DNA of 64,000 nt from Octopus vulgaris (lineage: Eukaryota). Under the pieces are notes generated by a model. That model saw only the letters and a list, made by a program, of their open reading frames with translations, did not search any database and was not told where the DNA came from. This document shows, one piece after another, positions 1 to 12,443 of this stretch. Numbering within the stretch: position 1 is the stretch's first letter; each line of letters opens with the position of its first letter. Where the stretch lies: contig OX597837.1 of the NCBI GenBank assembly GCA_951406725.2, positions 18,104,001-18,168,000 on the forward strand. Reading direction: 5' to 3'. The position numbers and the translations under genes are program-made.

Positions 1-727
1 AGAGAGAGATAGACAGATAGATAAAACTTACTTGGAAATGGATGTGTGGCATTTGATCATATAATGATATAAGTAATATATATATATTGTGAAGGGTTAA
101 AGTGGTAACAAAAACAGGACAGTAAGAACAAAACAGTAAAAACAAACGGAAGAAAGAAAGATGGATAGCCATTTACGTTTTTTGACGTCCTGTACCCATA
201 TATGCATGTATATATACATACATATGTAGGCCCATTCATGTATGTGTGTATATATGCATATATATATATATATATGAGTGTATATGTATATGTGTGTATA
301 TATCTACTGACACCACCAAAAATGAACAATATTATTAAAGACATGAAATTGTTAGAACTATTTAGATGATAACTGACAAGGAATAAGTGCATCTAAACCT
401 TATGTGTGTATTTTCCATTTGTTGTGTTGTATTTCTGTTTAATTTTCAAAACTTGTGCATACTTTTGTGCGTATAAATTCTGCCTAAAGGCATAATGTAG
501 TAGGTATGTGTGATAAATGCTTGGGTTGGTTTATTACTAAAACTCTGACCTTAACAGCAACAAAAACAAAATTGATGTTGTAGCTGCCTAGCAAAGAATG
601 GTTATAAGTGGTTCCTCAGTGAGTGGTTGATATTAAAAAGGAAAAATGAACAAGCAACACATGTAGTATCACTTTAGAGCACATACTTATAATTCAAACA
701 TAATTGCAGAGTTTTAGAGTAAGTAAT

Positions 728-998
728 GGATTAATAAATGATGTTGAAAATCTCTTACAGCTGTTTCTAGAATAGCTGTGCATATGGTGCACAGGTCATT
801 GAACAAAGATTTCTCTATAAGCCAATTATTCTGCCTTCAAAGAGGAAGAATTATGGAACATCCTTAATAAAAAACATTAGTTGTTACCAGTCCCATTGTT
901 GGAGAATTAAGGAATGTCCTTAGTTAAAGACTTATGAACCATATGCACAGCTATTCTAGAAACAGCTGTCAGAGATCTAATGTATTATTTATTAATCC
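728..998. repeat. Inverted repeat pair, probably inverted Penelope-like pseudo-LTR copies
   Basis: 757-788 (acagctgtttctagaatagctgtgcatatggt) is the exact reverse complement of 938-969. Imperfect pairing extends to about 728 and 998. Each arm carries GAAACAGCTGT, the palindromic stem-III motif typical of PLE hammerheads. Confidence 0.75.
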
Positions 999-1068
999 CT
1001 TCTTTACTGTAACTACTTTGCTATTATGTTTGAATTATAAATTACATGTTCTAAAGTGGTACTACATG

Positions 1069-1274
1069 AAGGTGGTGAGCTGGCAGAAACGTTAGCACAC
1101 CGGGCGAAATGCTTAGCCGTATTTCGTCTGCCGTTACGTTCTGAGTTCAAATTCCGCCTGGGTCGATAAATTAAGTACCAGTTACGTACTGGGGTCGATG
1201 TAATCAACTTAATCCGTTTGTCTGTCCTTGTTTGTCCTCTCTGTGTTTAGCCCCTTGTGGGTAGTAAAGAAATA
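1069..1274 (+). mobile_element. tRNA-derived SINE (family A, head AAGGYGGYGAGCTGGCAGAA), internally deleted, with TSD
   Basis: A-box-like AGCTGGCAGAAACGTTAG and B-box GAGTTCAAATTCC. An 11-bp direct repeat ggtactacatg lies at 1058-1068 and 1275-1285. Many related copies occur in the window. Confidence 0.9.
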
Positions 1275-1307
1275 GGTACTACATGTTTTGCTTGTTCATT
1301 CCTTTTT

Positions 1308-1353
<46 letters not shown>

Positions 1354-2056
1354 GTACATATTATATTATTCTTATACAAGATTGTTGTTGGCAATGACTT
1401 TGAAGTTTCAGCCAGCTATGCCATCATCAGACTGCAATGCATTAGAGTTAGTCTTGCCTTTATATAGTCTCTGTTCAGTTAAATTCATCTTTGGGTGTGT
1501 GGATTTGAGTCTGGTGGTAATTAGGTTTTAATAATTATATTATATTAATAGCTCAAAAGCTGCACTCTGTACAGACTTTTAAACTAGCTGCTGCAGGGGG
1601 CTAATTTGGCTTGTGGCCCAAAACTAAGCAGATCTAAATGGCATGACTATGATATGTCTATAATGATTTTATGCCCTTGTGGTCAGAGGTTAAGGACGGA
1701 TGAGAATTAATTCTGTAATGCAATCATTCTATAGTTCCAGTCCCAAGTTGAAACTCAACTGTTGGCCAATTTGCTCTAAATTAAAGAAGTGAATGTCTTT
1801 TATCTCCCCCTTGATCTCTGACATCATCTGACAAGTGCCAAGCAAGGTGACGTGAATCAGCCAAGCTTTACCTGCTAGAAATACAAACCCAAATGCTTTT
1901 AAATCAGATCCCAATGCTTGATGTTCAGGAACCAAATGAAGGGCAGATTTTCAATCCTGGGATCATCCTGATTGCAAAATAACATGGCTATGTAGAGCAA
2001 ATATAGATTGAGGGGTCCATGATGGACAGAGAGAATTTCACTTTTATTAATATAGA

Positions 2057-2310
2057 TTGGGTTTCAATGGTCCTCAACTATTCAACATTTTGCCAAACAA
2101 CTGCAGAGATTTGCATGGTGTAGATGTGAAAGGCTTCAAAGAATGTCGGACCAAATTTTTATCTGAGATACCAGATGAACCCACATCATGGCAGGAAACA
2201 AAGAAGAGCAGCTCTATCAAACTTGCTACTTCACTAGAAACAATGTAGAAAAGAAACCCTGACACACTGAAAGGCAATGTCCCTTGGTCTCTGGCTGAAA
2301 CCAATAAAAC
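2057..2310 (+). mobile_element. 3' fragment of CR1-group LINE
   Basis: Translation GFNGPQLFNILPNNCRDLHGVDV...IPDEPT matches GFRGPQLFNILPKCLRDLHGVDV...VPDD of the LINE at 32383-33585. It ends in the same GGCTGAAAC tail motif. Confidence 0.85.
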
Positions 2311-2389
2311 AAATATATTGTATATATATATATATATTATTATATATATTATATATATATTATCTATCTATCTATCTATATATATATAT

Positions 2390-2596
2390 CATGTTGATTC
2401 GTTAGCTACTGCACGCATTTTTTTCTCTCCTTCTTTCTGTGTTTTTTTTCTCTCTGTGTATCTTTCTGTTGAAGAGCGTAGGCTCGAAACGTTAAAGACT
2501 TGTTTTATTTATATTTCCTGAGCGCCATACTAATACAATTGTTCATTTGTTTTCCACCTGCCTTCGTCTTTTGTCTATTTTCATAAAGCTTCCCGT
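2390..2596 (+). mobile_element. PLE-type pseudo-LTR repeat with hammerhead-like motif
   Basis: Clearly homologous to 52560-52747. Contains CTGTTGAA-GAGC-gtag-GCTC-GAA-ACGT-T at 2466-2493 and is bounded by (TA)n tracts. The PLE assignment is inference from the motif. Confidence 0.6.
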
Positions 2597-2618
2597 TATA
2601 TATATATATATATATATA

Positions 2619-2741
2619 ATGAAGATGGGGAAAGCCCTCAGCCCGTCTGCTGAAATGCTTAAAATATCTGGCGGTGCTGCTTATAGTCTAGTCACCCATA
2701 TAGTTAATCAGGTTCTACACAAAGGAGTCATACTCAGTGAA
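2619..2741 (+). mobile_element. Short internal RTE-type reverse transcriptase fragment
   Basis: Translates MKMGKALSPSAEMLKISGGAAYSLVTHIVNQVLHKGVILSE, resembling the K-G-K-A-P-G-x-x-G-I-x-x-E-M-L-K...G-x-I-P region N-terminal to non-LTR RT domains. It has (TA)n on both sides. Confidence 0.7.
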
Positions 2742-5700
2742 TATATATATATATAATACTTGTTTCAATCATCAGACTGTGAGCTTAGTGAGTTGGTTAC
2801 TACTCTCAAGGATTTTAGTGTGTTTATGAACCCCATTATGTTATCTAGTCCTTGAAAAAGAGAGGAAGATAAAATGGACTTGGTATGAGGGAAAGGAACC
2901 TATATGGAAGTAATTCTGCATATTTTTTTGCTTGACACCAATTTCTTCACCATACACACGTATACACACACGTACACACTCTCTCTCTCCCACCGCCCGT
3001 GGTAGACTTCCACAAAGTTTCTCTCTACTAAATTTCATTCACAAATTATTGCTCAACCTTTTCTATGATAGAAGACACTGACTCAAGTTTCTTCACAGGG
3101 GGATTAAACCTGGGGCTTGAAAGAATCTCTTCACAGTACAGAAAGTGTTTAAACATGGACAACTGTACCACTATTACAGTAATTGAAATATAATGTTGTT
3201 GCACCTGTTTTTGTTATCATTATCATAATGACCACTGCCACCTCTTTCCCCACCATCACCACTCCCTCTGCTATCATTATCATCAACATTACTACCTTCA
3301 TCACCATGACATTTATCACCACCATCATAATTCTCACTGCCACCACAATTCTGATCATCATCATTGTGACCATCATTACCAGCTAGAGGGAATTTACCAT
3401 ATAAGTGCTCAGTTGTCTAATTATGATAACTAAAATCACCCTCAAACTCTCTATTACTTCTAAGATAGGGGCCACTTATATTAAGTTGTCCTATCCACAT
3501 TTCACCTTGGGGCATCAGTCTGCAAAAGTTGAAATTGAACATCATCTGCATTAATGTCAATAATCTGGAAGGGATGGCAAAGGTCATGAAAACTGCTCCT
3601 TTTCTGCCAATTAACTATTTAATATACATTGGTCTCCAGCAATTAAAGTGAAGATGCTACAGGAATACTTTGTTGAATCAACCACTTCCAGAATTTCTTC
3701 ATGTTGGTGGAGTGCTGTTCAACAACAGTCATGTCATCATTATCCTCTCAATTAACATCATCGCCATTATCACTCCTTGTCTATTTCTGCCTACTTACAT
3801 TGGATTTGATAGCAAATTTGGTTTTTCTGGGTTTTTTCCTGTCTTTATTCTTGATTCCTCTGTTATTCTTCTCAGTTCCAGTACAAGATGGGGGTAGATG
3901 CAAAACTTGGCATTTATTATAAACACATATTTAAGCATGACAGAATACCTCATTGCCATGAGGAACTTGGTGGTGAGATCATGAAGAAGAGACAGCTTAG
4001 TTTCCCTAATGCAACATGCAACTGTTATAACTAGAATAGCCAATGATGATTATGACAATTGTGGCTACTGTTGTTTGTTACTAGGACAACAGCAAAAATA
4101 TGCACCTGTGATGACAGTTTCAGGCATGGTTTCACTTGGATTCTATTTCCTTTTCTAGATAAAATATGTAACTAGTTAAATCAGACTAGCATTTTTTTTC
4201 TATCAGATCATAATAATTTGCATATTAAGCCAGTCCCCTCACATCTCCAGTATCAAATCTCCAATGATATTTCTCCACTACTGGTAAATTATAATATTCA
4301 TTGGAAATGTCAGATTTGATAGAGTACTAAGAATTAAGGATTCAAAATATGAAACGAGAAGTTTTCTTTCCCCTCCTTCACCAGCTACATACCATTTGTA
4401 AGTTTTTGTCTGGGGAAAAGGGTTATTCCTATGGCTTCAGCAAGCTGACTAAGGTTAGTAAGATTGATGTAATTGATGATCTTTTTGAACAACTTCAACT
4501 TAATGACTGTAAGAAAACCATGGGAAGGCAGTTTGGATATAGAGGTTGGTTAGTAAAAAAAAGAGGAGGAATGAGTGAGTCATGGGTGGAGGTAGCCTGA
4601 GACCCGCCAGCTTCAAAGAACAGAGGCCACTATGGTAGTTGGTAGAAAAACAGAAAGATGAGACAGCATGTCTATGAGCTAGAGGTTGGTGTATGTTGAT
4701 AAGCATCTCCATGCCAGTCACTCAGGTGAGAACAGGTTTCCTTCAAGGTGCAGTCCAAGGTGTAAATATCATTTAGCATTTGTCAGCTTCAAATGATCTT
4801 GTAACACACTGCCAATCTTGTGACCTACTGTTACCTACACTATATAACTGACTAGTAATACTTGATTTTGTAACTCATTGTTGACTTAGTAAACACACTG
4901 TATATGTGAAAGCTCAGTGATTAGAGGGCAGATGTTTAGGAATGTTAAATAATTTGGTACTGAATATAGCCCACTAAGGAAGACACATATCAATTAATTA
5001 CTCTGTTAATATATTTGATTTAATTCACAAATCATTGTTATTGTTTAACAACTACATTAACTCTAATCAAGCAGATATATTTGTGACAATTGCTCCTTTT
5101 TGTATTTGCTTGGAACCTAGAATCATAACAACTAAAGTGTCCTTTTTTTTTTTAAAGTGTTAGTGTGTGACTTTAGGGAGACATGGCTGCTATTTTTAGC
5201 AGGTCCAGTAACCATGAAGAGTCTCTTTGGATCATATGTCTTACATAGACTTTAAAGCATTGAACAGTATGCTTTGCAGTATTCATTATGGCTCCCTGAA
5301 CTCTGAGTTCAAATCCAACTGAGGTTAAATTTGCCTTTCATCCTTTTCAGATCAATAAATAAAGCACCTGCCCAATTCCTCTGTCTGTCTGTCTCTCTCT
5401 TTCCAAAAAATCAGCTGTATAAATCTAAAGAGGGATGGGCTCCACATTCCATCTCCAGGTCTGGTGTAAAAATATCCAAGATATGTTTTTGTGTTGTAGG
5501 TGGGCCCTAATATGGTGGAGTGGAAGAAATAGTGGAAAGGCGGATTGAATTCTTTTTACTTTCGTTCCTTTATTCTGTGAGTTCAAATAGAAATAACGCC
5601 AAAGTTGACTCTACTATTCATCATTCCTGGATTGATAAGAACCAAGTACTGGAGCTGGTGTATAATTGACTACTGTTTCTTCCTGCAAATTTCTAGCTTT

Positions 5701-5788
5701 GTACACATCATCATCATTACTTTTCTCTATGAGGAAATAGCTGAAATAGTTATATACTGAATAATTAGTTGGCATAACACTCTTTTAA

Positions 5789-6002
5789 CCCTTTAGCATT
5801 TAAACTGGCTATATCCAGCCCAAATATTTTGCCTGTTTTATGCTCAAACCAGATAGATCTGGCCTCTCACACCTACCCCACAATGTCATTCTAAAAACAA
5901 TCACATCATTTAACTATCAAAGCTATGAGATAATGCATGATTAATTCAAGACTGTGAATAAATAAATTTTACATTTGACAAAATAATCTGAATACCAAAA
6001 GG
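5789..6002. mobile_element. piggyBac-type MITE
   Basis: TTAA on both sides (5785-5788, 6003-6006), with termini CCCTTTAGCATT...AATACCAAAAGG. A second copy lies at about 28470-28679. Confidence 0.8.
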
Positions 6003-9000
6003 TTAAATTCATTTAAATATATTTGTCTAGAATATTTTATCTCCTTAAAAGACTTTGTTGAATAAATATATTTTCAAATTGTAGTTATTTTACTTTACAC
6101 ATACTCCTTACACCTTTGACAGCGATATCATACAATCCTATTTTTCCCATGATAGACACCAGAGGTTGCTTGTAGATAGGTTTCAATTCATCTCTCTCAA
6201 CACTGTTATCAGTTACATGTTATATATCCACATTGTGCTTATTCACAGCTCAAGCTGATAACATAGCCTCTATGCACTTGCTGAGCTTGATAGAAATAAC
6301 AGCCAAATTTCTTTCAGAAATCACTACTGTTTGAAATAACGAAGGACACTGGACAGTATAGTCCTTGAGATACAAAGATAAAAAATCGTCTCATCACAGT
6401 TGGAACACTTTTGATCATTGGATTGCTCAATTAAGGCTGACCTGGGACTGAAAACAACAATGGCAGCCTATGTATAGCTAAAAGGACTAGGCTGTTGAGA
6501 ATTATGTCTTTACACATGACAGAATGTAGTAGTGGTGAATGAGTATGAACCTTCGACCTATCACTGGCATGGACAATGGCAGTTATGAATATGAGGGATG
6601 GGAGAAAGAGAGCAAAAACAAGTGACTTTCAAAACGAATTAGTCAAATTCTGTTGTAAATAATTTAGTTTTTGCTTTTAAAATGAGCAGGCCACAAACTA
6701 GGAAATTAGTGTGTGCGTGTTTGACTTTGTGTGTCTGTATGTGTTCATGTGATTGTATGCCTTTCTCTGTGTACATGAATGTGTGTGTTGAAAATTAGCA
6801 TCATCAATCAACCAACAAATTGTTGAGTTAACTATTAGCTAAATAAGTGTTTTCATTTTAACATTATTTGGTGATGTGATGCAAACAAATTCTGCAATCC
6901 TGTTTTAACACTCTTTACAGCATTTTCACCTTTCTCATAAATCCACAAATGTATTTGATAAAGGCATGATCCCCACACAGTCTCATTTGTCTCTCTAGAT
7001 TCCTGTGTTCCTTTTTGTTTAGCTTGAAATGTTGCAGTTGTAGATAGTAGGTGTAGCAAAGGTGAGTATGGGCAAGCTAATGGAACACATGCACAGGTAT
7101 GGGTAGTCAATAAGAAGCACTTTTCTAGTCTGCCAAAACTGATGAGAGGGAGAAGAGGGGTTAAGGTATACTCAGACCAGTACACTGCTCTGATCAGGGA
7201 CTTCATTTTAAACCTCAATAGGATTTTAACTAAGAACACAGGTGGCCTCAGTAAATACTCTGAAGTACTTCATCCACCTCTCTGACAATTCTGCCTGTTT
7301 GCTGATTGAAGAGAGAATTTATAATATAGGGTGAGGAAGTTAATGATGTGTTATTTCAGATGGCAGAGAAAAGAGATCAGTGTGTTGAATAGGATTAGGG
7401 CCAATCAGCATATGATTAACTAGATCTGAAGAACAAGGGTCAATTATAGTTATTACAAAGACAGATGGCAGGTAAAAACCACAAAAGTTAATGTTTGCTG
7501 TGAGAATTTCAGGAATTGTTGACTGGCATTGGCAACAGGAGAAGAATTTCTGTTCCCTTGTGGTTGTCACCACAAAGATTTGTCAACATTTTATCAATTC
7601 CTAAGTAAAGATTTATCATGGATTTTTAACTTTCAAATTGGAATTAAGCACCAGAAATTACAAACCCATTAAAACAATGGAATTTCCTTTTCTTTTTTTT
7701 TTTCTGTTTTTGTTTGATTTAATGATTTCATTAACCTCCCCACTTCCTTGATCAAATTCAAGGTCATTCTATCCCCACTAGATTTGAACTCAGAAATGCA
7801 CTCCACTATACTCAATGTCATCATGATATTTAGGTCTCCTCAGCCATATTCCAAACAGGTTACAAACATTTTTTTCAGAAAAGGAATAAAATATAATTTA
7901 AATAATAATCTAGTATGAGCTATGTTTTGTATGTATATAAACTCACACATACATTCACACATACTCTATGGCCTTTTTTCATGTCAGTTAAAATATTTTA
8001 CAAGTTTTATCATCACCTTCATATTTTATTTATTTATTTTTTAATTCATCTATTTCTCAATACACATTTCCTTTCGTCTCTCAATCTGATTATTCTAAGT
8101 ATGTGTCTGATAGAGAGAGAGAGAGGGCTGAGGTCCAAGATTTCAGTTGTTCTGTTTCACTGATAATATTGCCAAGCAAAATGTCTTTGTTGCTAGGTAA
8201 CAGCTTTCGTAAGCTTCTCGTCTTTACATCATCAATGTTGTTCTTTGAAAGGCTTGTCAACCTGAATTGCTGCCGCTGCACTGCTTTCTGTATAAACACA
8301 CACACACACACACACATGCATGTGTGTATATTTTTTTGCATAGATACTTATTTGTGTGTGTGTGTGTACACACAAACACACACACATACGTATATAATGA
8401 ATATGTATGCCAAAAACAACTAGAAATAACTATAAAGATGAAATAATAAAAAGCTGGTTGCTTCACAACATACCAAACCATTAATAATGTCCATCATGAT
8501 ACAAATTTTCAGTTAAACTTTTAACCGTTAATAATTTTTAAAAACGTGGAACCAGAACCTTTTATTTGTCCCAAAACAGTCTCCTACTGTGATACTTATT
8601 TTATGTGACAGGTGTTACTTTACTATTTATTCTCTCATAACTATTTCCAAAGAGAAACCCACTTCCAGTTTGCTAAGATAACTATAGATGGTTAGAAGAG
8701 TAAGCATGTAAGAAAGATATTCTGTTTGGTACATAAGCAGTTGTATACATAGGGTTTACAGTGAATGGAGAAGTACAAATTAAGTATTTTCTGTTCACAG
8801 GACTTTTTTAAAATTGTGGAAATTTGGAGTAACTACTCAATAGGGAAGACTACAACTTTTGATGGTTTGTTTTGTTTACTTAGGCATGCAAATGTATGGG
8901 TTCCTCACTTTCAACTTGACAATCCCTTCAGACATGACAATTTGTTTCACTGGATGTCTAATGTCAAGTGTGCCCAAACTGTGGAGCACAGATTGGGTTT

Positions 9001-10099
9001 GTGAAGAATCTACTGTAATGTGCGAGAGAGAAAATCATGGGTAAATACATATGATGGAGCCTGCAGAAGAAGAAGATCAAAGAAATGAAGACTGATCTGA
9101 GGGTACTGTACCCCAGGAAAATGATATTTGACTGTTATAAGTGGTAAGATGCTATGCTGGTGGAGACCTGTCGAACCCATATCAGCAGGAGTGGAAAAAA
9201 TGGTTATAAAATAATGATGATTTCTGCGTCTGTCTTGTTTGCTCGTGGAGAGTTGCAAGAGAGTTAAGATAGTTCAAATTTTGGAGAAGTTAGTTGTGCT
9301 CCCAGGATAAGTTTTAGGACATGTGGTCTTTATTTGGACAAATGGAACATATATTAGAATATGACAAGATCTCGCCATAGATATCAAAAATACCTTTTAG
9401 TTCATTTTCTTCAATTTTGTTCTGTGATTAAAGCATATTGCAAATAAGTCAGAGTTCACAGAAACTTGTAGTAGTCTGCATCAGCAAAAAAAAAAAAATC
9501 ATTCAGTAAAACTCATAAATTTAAAGTTTGTATGCCATGGGAGATGAAAGTACTGGTATTTCAAGCAAGACCTTTGTTAGAAAGATATATATATTTAATG
9601 TTAATATTTACAGTAACACTAAGAATGTAGGTTTAAACTTTACTAGTTGGTAATTTGAATGTAATTTTGCTTTTGTTCATCCTTTAACCTTCTCAAAACA
9701 CTTCTATGCACTTATATAAGTAAACATTATCATTTTTATTACTGAGTAATGTTCTCAATGAACGAAGATAGTTAGCTCCAGTTTCAATCTCTTGCTGCTA
9801 CTGCTGTATTTTCACTACATTACCCTTATAAAAACAATATAACATCATCGCATTTTCCCCGTCCTTAACCTATGTTCTACTTCATGTTTTGTTGGGTTTT
9901 ATATATATTAAAATATTAACTGGAGAAGATATACTTTTTTTTTGACAAAGTTTGAAATTTTTGTTTTTAATATGCTTTTTTTTTTTACGAAACTGACAAG
10001 AAATAGAAATATCCATATAAAATTATGAACCGAATTTCTCAACTGAGCTAGAGGAATAAATATCTCTTAGATTGGTTTGTCATGTATGTGAAGTTGTTC

Positions 10100-10620
10100 A
10101 CAGCCAGAGAATTTGAACTTTAATCCGTACATCTAAACATGCCGAACTAAAGCCTCCAAACCGAGCAGCCAGATGCAAAAACACGGTCGATCTGGCTGAG
10201 AGGAGGGAAAGACGCCATTTTGAGATCACGTGGCATATAGTATGGAGGAATAGAAGTTCCTCAACTGATTTTCGTATTACGAAATAAGTTTTTGCATCGT
10301 TATCATTTGTTAATCAGTTCAGTTCGCTCTGAATTAAACAAATAAAATTATTTTATAAATTATTTTTACAAAAGCCAGTGTTGTAACTGTTACTTATGTT
10401 ATTTTGTTCGAAAGATTAAAAATAAGAAACAAAACAGATTAAAACAAATATTCCAATACAATTTTTTCCTCAAAAGTAGCTCTGCTAGAAATATTTATTG
10501 TCATGTAACTTTTCCATATATTTTGGTCACGTGTCTTCGTCGCCAGCTTTTTTTGTTGTTGTTTGGTTTTTTTTTTTTAAAGGAAGTTCCGTTTCGATTT
10601 CCTTCAAATGTTCGGTTGTT
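10100..10620. promoter_or_regulatory. Probable housekeeping-type (possibly bidirectional) promoter core
   Basis: CpG density rises abruptly here. YY1-like CGCCATTTTG at 10213-10222, E-boxes TCACGTGG at 10226-10233 and GTCACGTG at 10526-10533, and ETS-like AGGAAGTTCCG at 10581-10591. On the minus strand a pyrimidine tract TCTTTCCCTCCTCTC follows the YY1 site. Confidence 0.55.
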
Positions 10621-12410
10621 ATGTCACTTTGGTCCGGTCTTCTGACGACTTGCTAAATTGTTACCACAGCAAGGCAACTTGACAACCAGCTAACATAACT
10701 TGAAATTACCAACATAATTATTTGAAAGCAATTTACTTGTTTTATGTGGTTTTAAGAAAGTCTCCTCTTGTTGTTTAACAACATCATCAGCTCCAAAGGA
10801 AAAGAAGGAACAGCAGCAGCATCACAACAACAACATTAGTAAGAAGAGTGATGAGCGGCCATGTTTGCCTGCCAGTCACTGCGTACAGCCGACCTCCACT
10901 TACTCACTTCTTCTACATGTTCTTATATTCTACACACTTATAGCCATCCAGTCAAGCTGTCCATTAGTTCGGCCCAACACTGTTGTTTCTGTAATCCACA
11001 CTGCTACACACCTCCGCTGTCTCCGCCACCCGTCACTGACATTTCACCCTTTCACTAAAAACATCTTTACAGACATGTTGCATATTTAGCGCTTACTTCT
11101 CTCGCCGTTGTCATTCGTTGCCTCTTTTACTACTGGCACCCTGCAACAACCCAATGGATTACATTATATATACATGTATATATGAATGTATGTTATTACA
11201 TAGCTAGTTGACTTTGTGGACAGACCCTGCGAACGGACGTACACCGAAGGAATGAAGGCTTCTCTGTAAATAATATACAGTACACACACATATAAACGTG
11301 TGTGCTTGTATATAACATACATAAACTACATTGTGGTAAATACTAACGCTACGTAGAGGAGAGTATCTACCAGTTATATAATTATATTTGTGTGTGAACA
11401 AGGCGAGAAGGAAGAAGTGAATACGGAAAGTAAATATTTTTATTGGAAATTGAAACTTCACAAATCGTTACTCCGAGTTTCCCATTTTTACTCACACATG
11501 TATGATTACTCGGGGTTTACTCTTTAATGAAGTATATGCGAATTCATTACTATTAAATCAAAACTTTAGTTTTGTATATATTTACAAGTTGTGTATATTG
11601 TTTTCTTTTTCTGAAAACAAAGTAAAACACGACAAAATCCCAATCAAAATTTCTATCTTTACTAAAACCACACTGAACAAGGTTGATTCGTATCGAACTT
11701 GACCCATCGATCTTACTAAATGTTGTTGAAGTTTACTGTTTTTATTGTTATTCTGTGAGATTAAATCACTATTTAAAAGAAACAAAAGTTTGAGAGAGGA
11801 AAGTGATTTTTTTTCTTTATATTTTCCACATTGCATAAATATATTGAAAGAAAATATGATACATGAATATTTTTTAACAACATTATATCGAAGGATCACA
11901 GCAAATGGAATTAACAGCTTTTAAATACAAATTGTAATTTCAGTTGTATTTCAATAATTCCAGATGAAATCCTTTTTATATAGATGTGTTATAGATGTGT
12001 GAAAAAAAAACAAAAAAACTTCGATCTGATTTATGGCAAATGTTTTCAATGAAGCTATTTAAAGCTGGGAAAGACAGTCTCAGTTTATTTTACATAATTA
12101 TTAAACAACAGAATCCTTATATTACCTTCTCTTAACACACAACTCCTCTTTTTCTCTCTCTCACAAATATCGCTAACACTTACATACACACCCTCTTCAA
12201 TAAACACATCATTTACAACGTCCCATATTCCCACAGTTTCTAAGTTTGCAGTCTTATTTAGGATTACCTTTCAAACTTAATCTTCAATTTTCATCTCAAT
12301 TTCTACTCTATTAAACAACTAAACTATTATTGTTGTTGCGTATATATATATATATTGAGAGACAACAACGTTATAGAGATGTTTGTTTTACCTTGGATAC
12401 GTCTCACCAG

Positions 12411-12443
12411 GAACACCATGATATAACTGTTAACGTTTTTGAG
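12411..12443 (+). other. Candidate 33-nt exon
   Basis: Acceptor-like tctcaccag| and strong donor GAG|gtaagg. The 33 nt read in frame as EHHDITVNVFE. There is no homology evidence. Confidence 0.3.

Noticed and set aside
3149-3386. Hydrophobic T/I- or M/V-rich ORFs resembling membrane or mucin proteins
   Set aside because: This is a degenerate (CAT/CAC/ATT)n trinucleotide repeat.
3502-3620. Protein-like minus-strand frame WQKRSSFHDLCHPFQIIDINADDVQFQLLQTDAPR*
   Set aside because: It is short, has an upstream in-frame stop, has no good polypyrimidine acceptor and shows no recognisable homology.
6853-7239. 128-aa minus-strand ORF
   Set aside because: It has a non-ATG start, no recognisable motif and no convincing flanking splice sites, so it is compatible with chance.
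10682-10702. Partial complement to miR-34 (acaaccagctaac)
   Set aside because: The match does not include the seed and there is no precursor hairpin.
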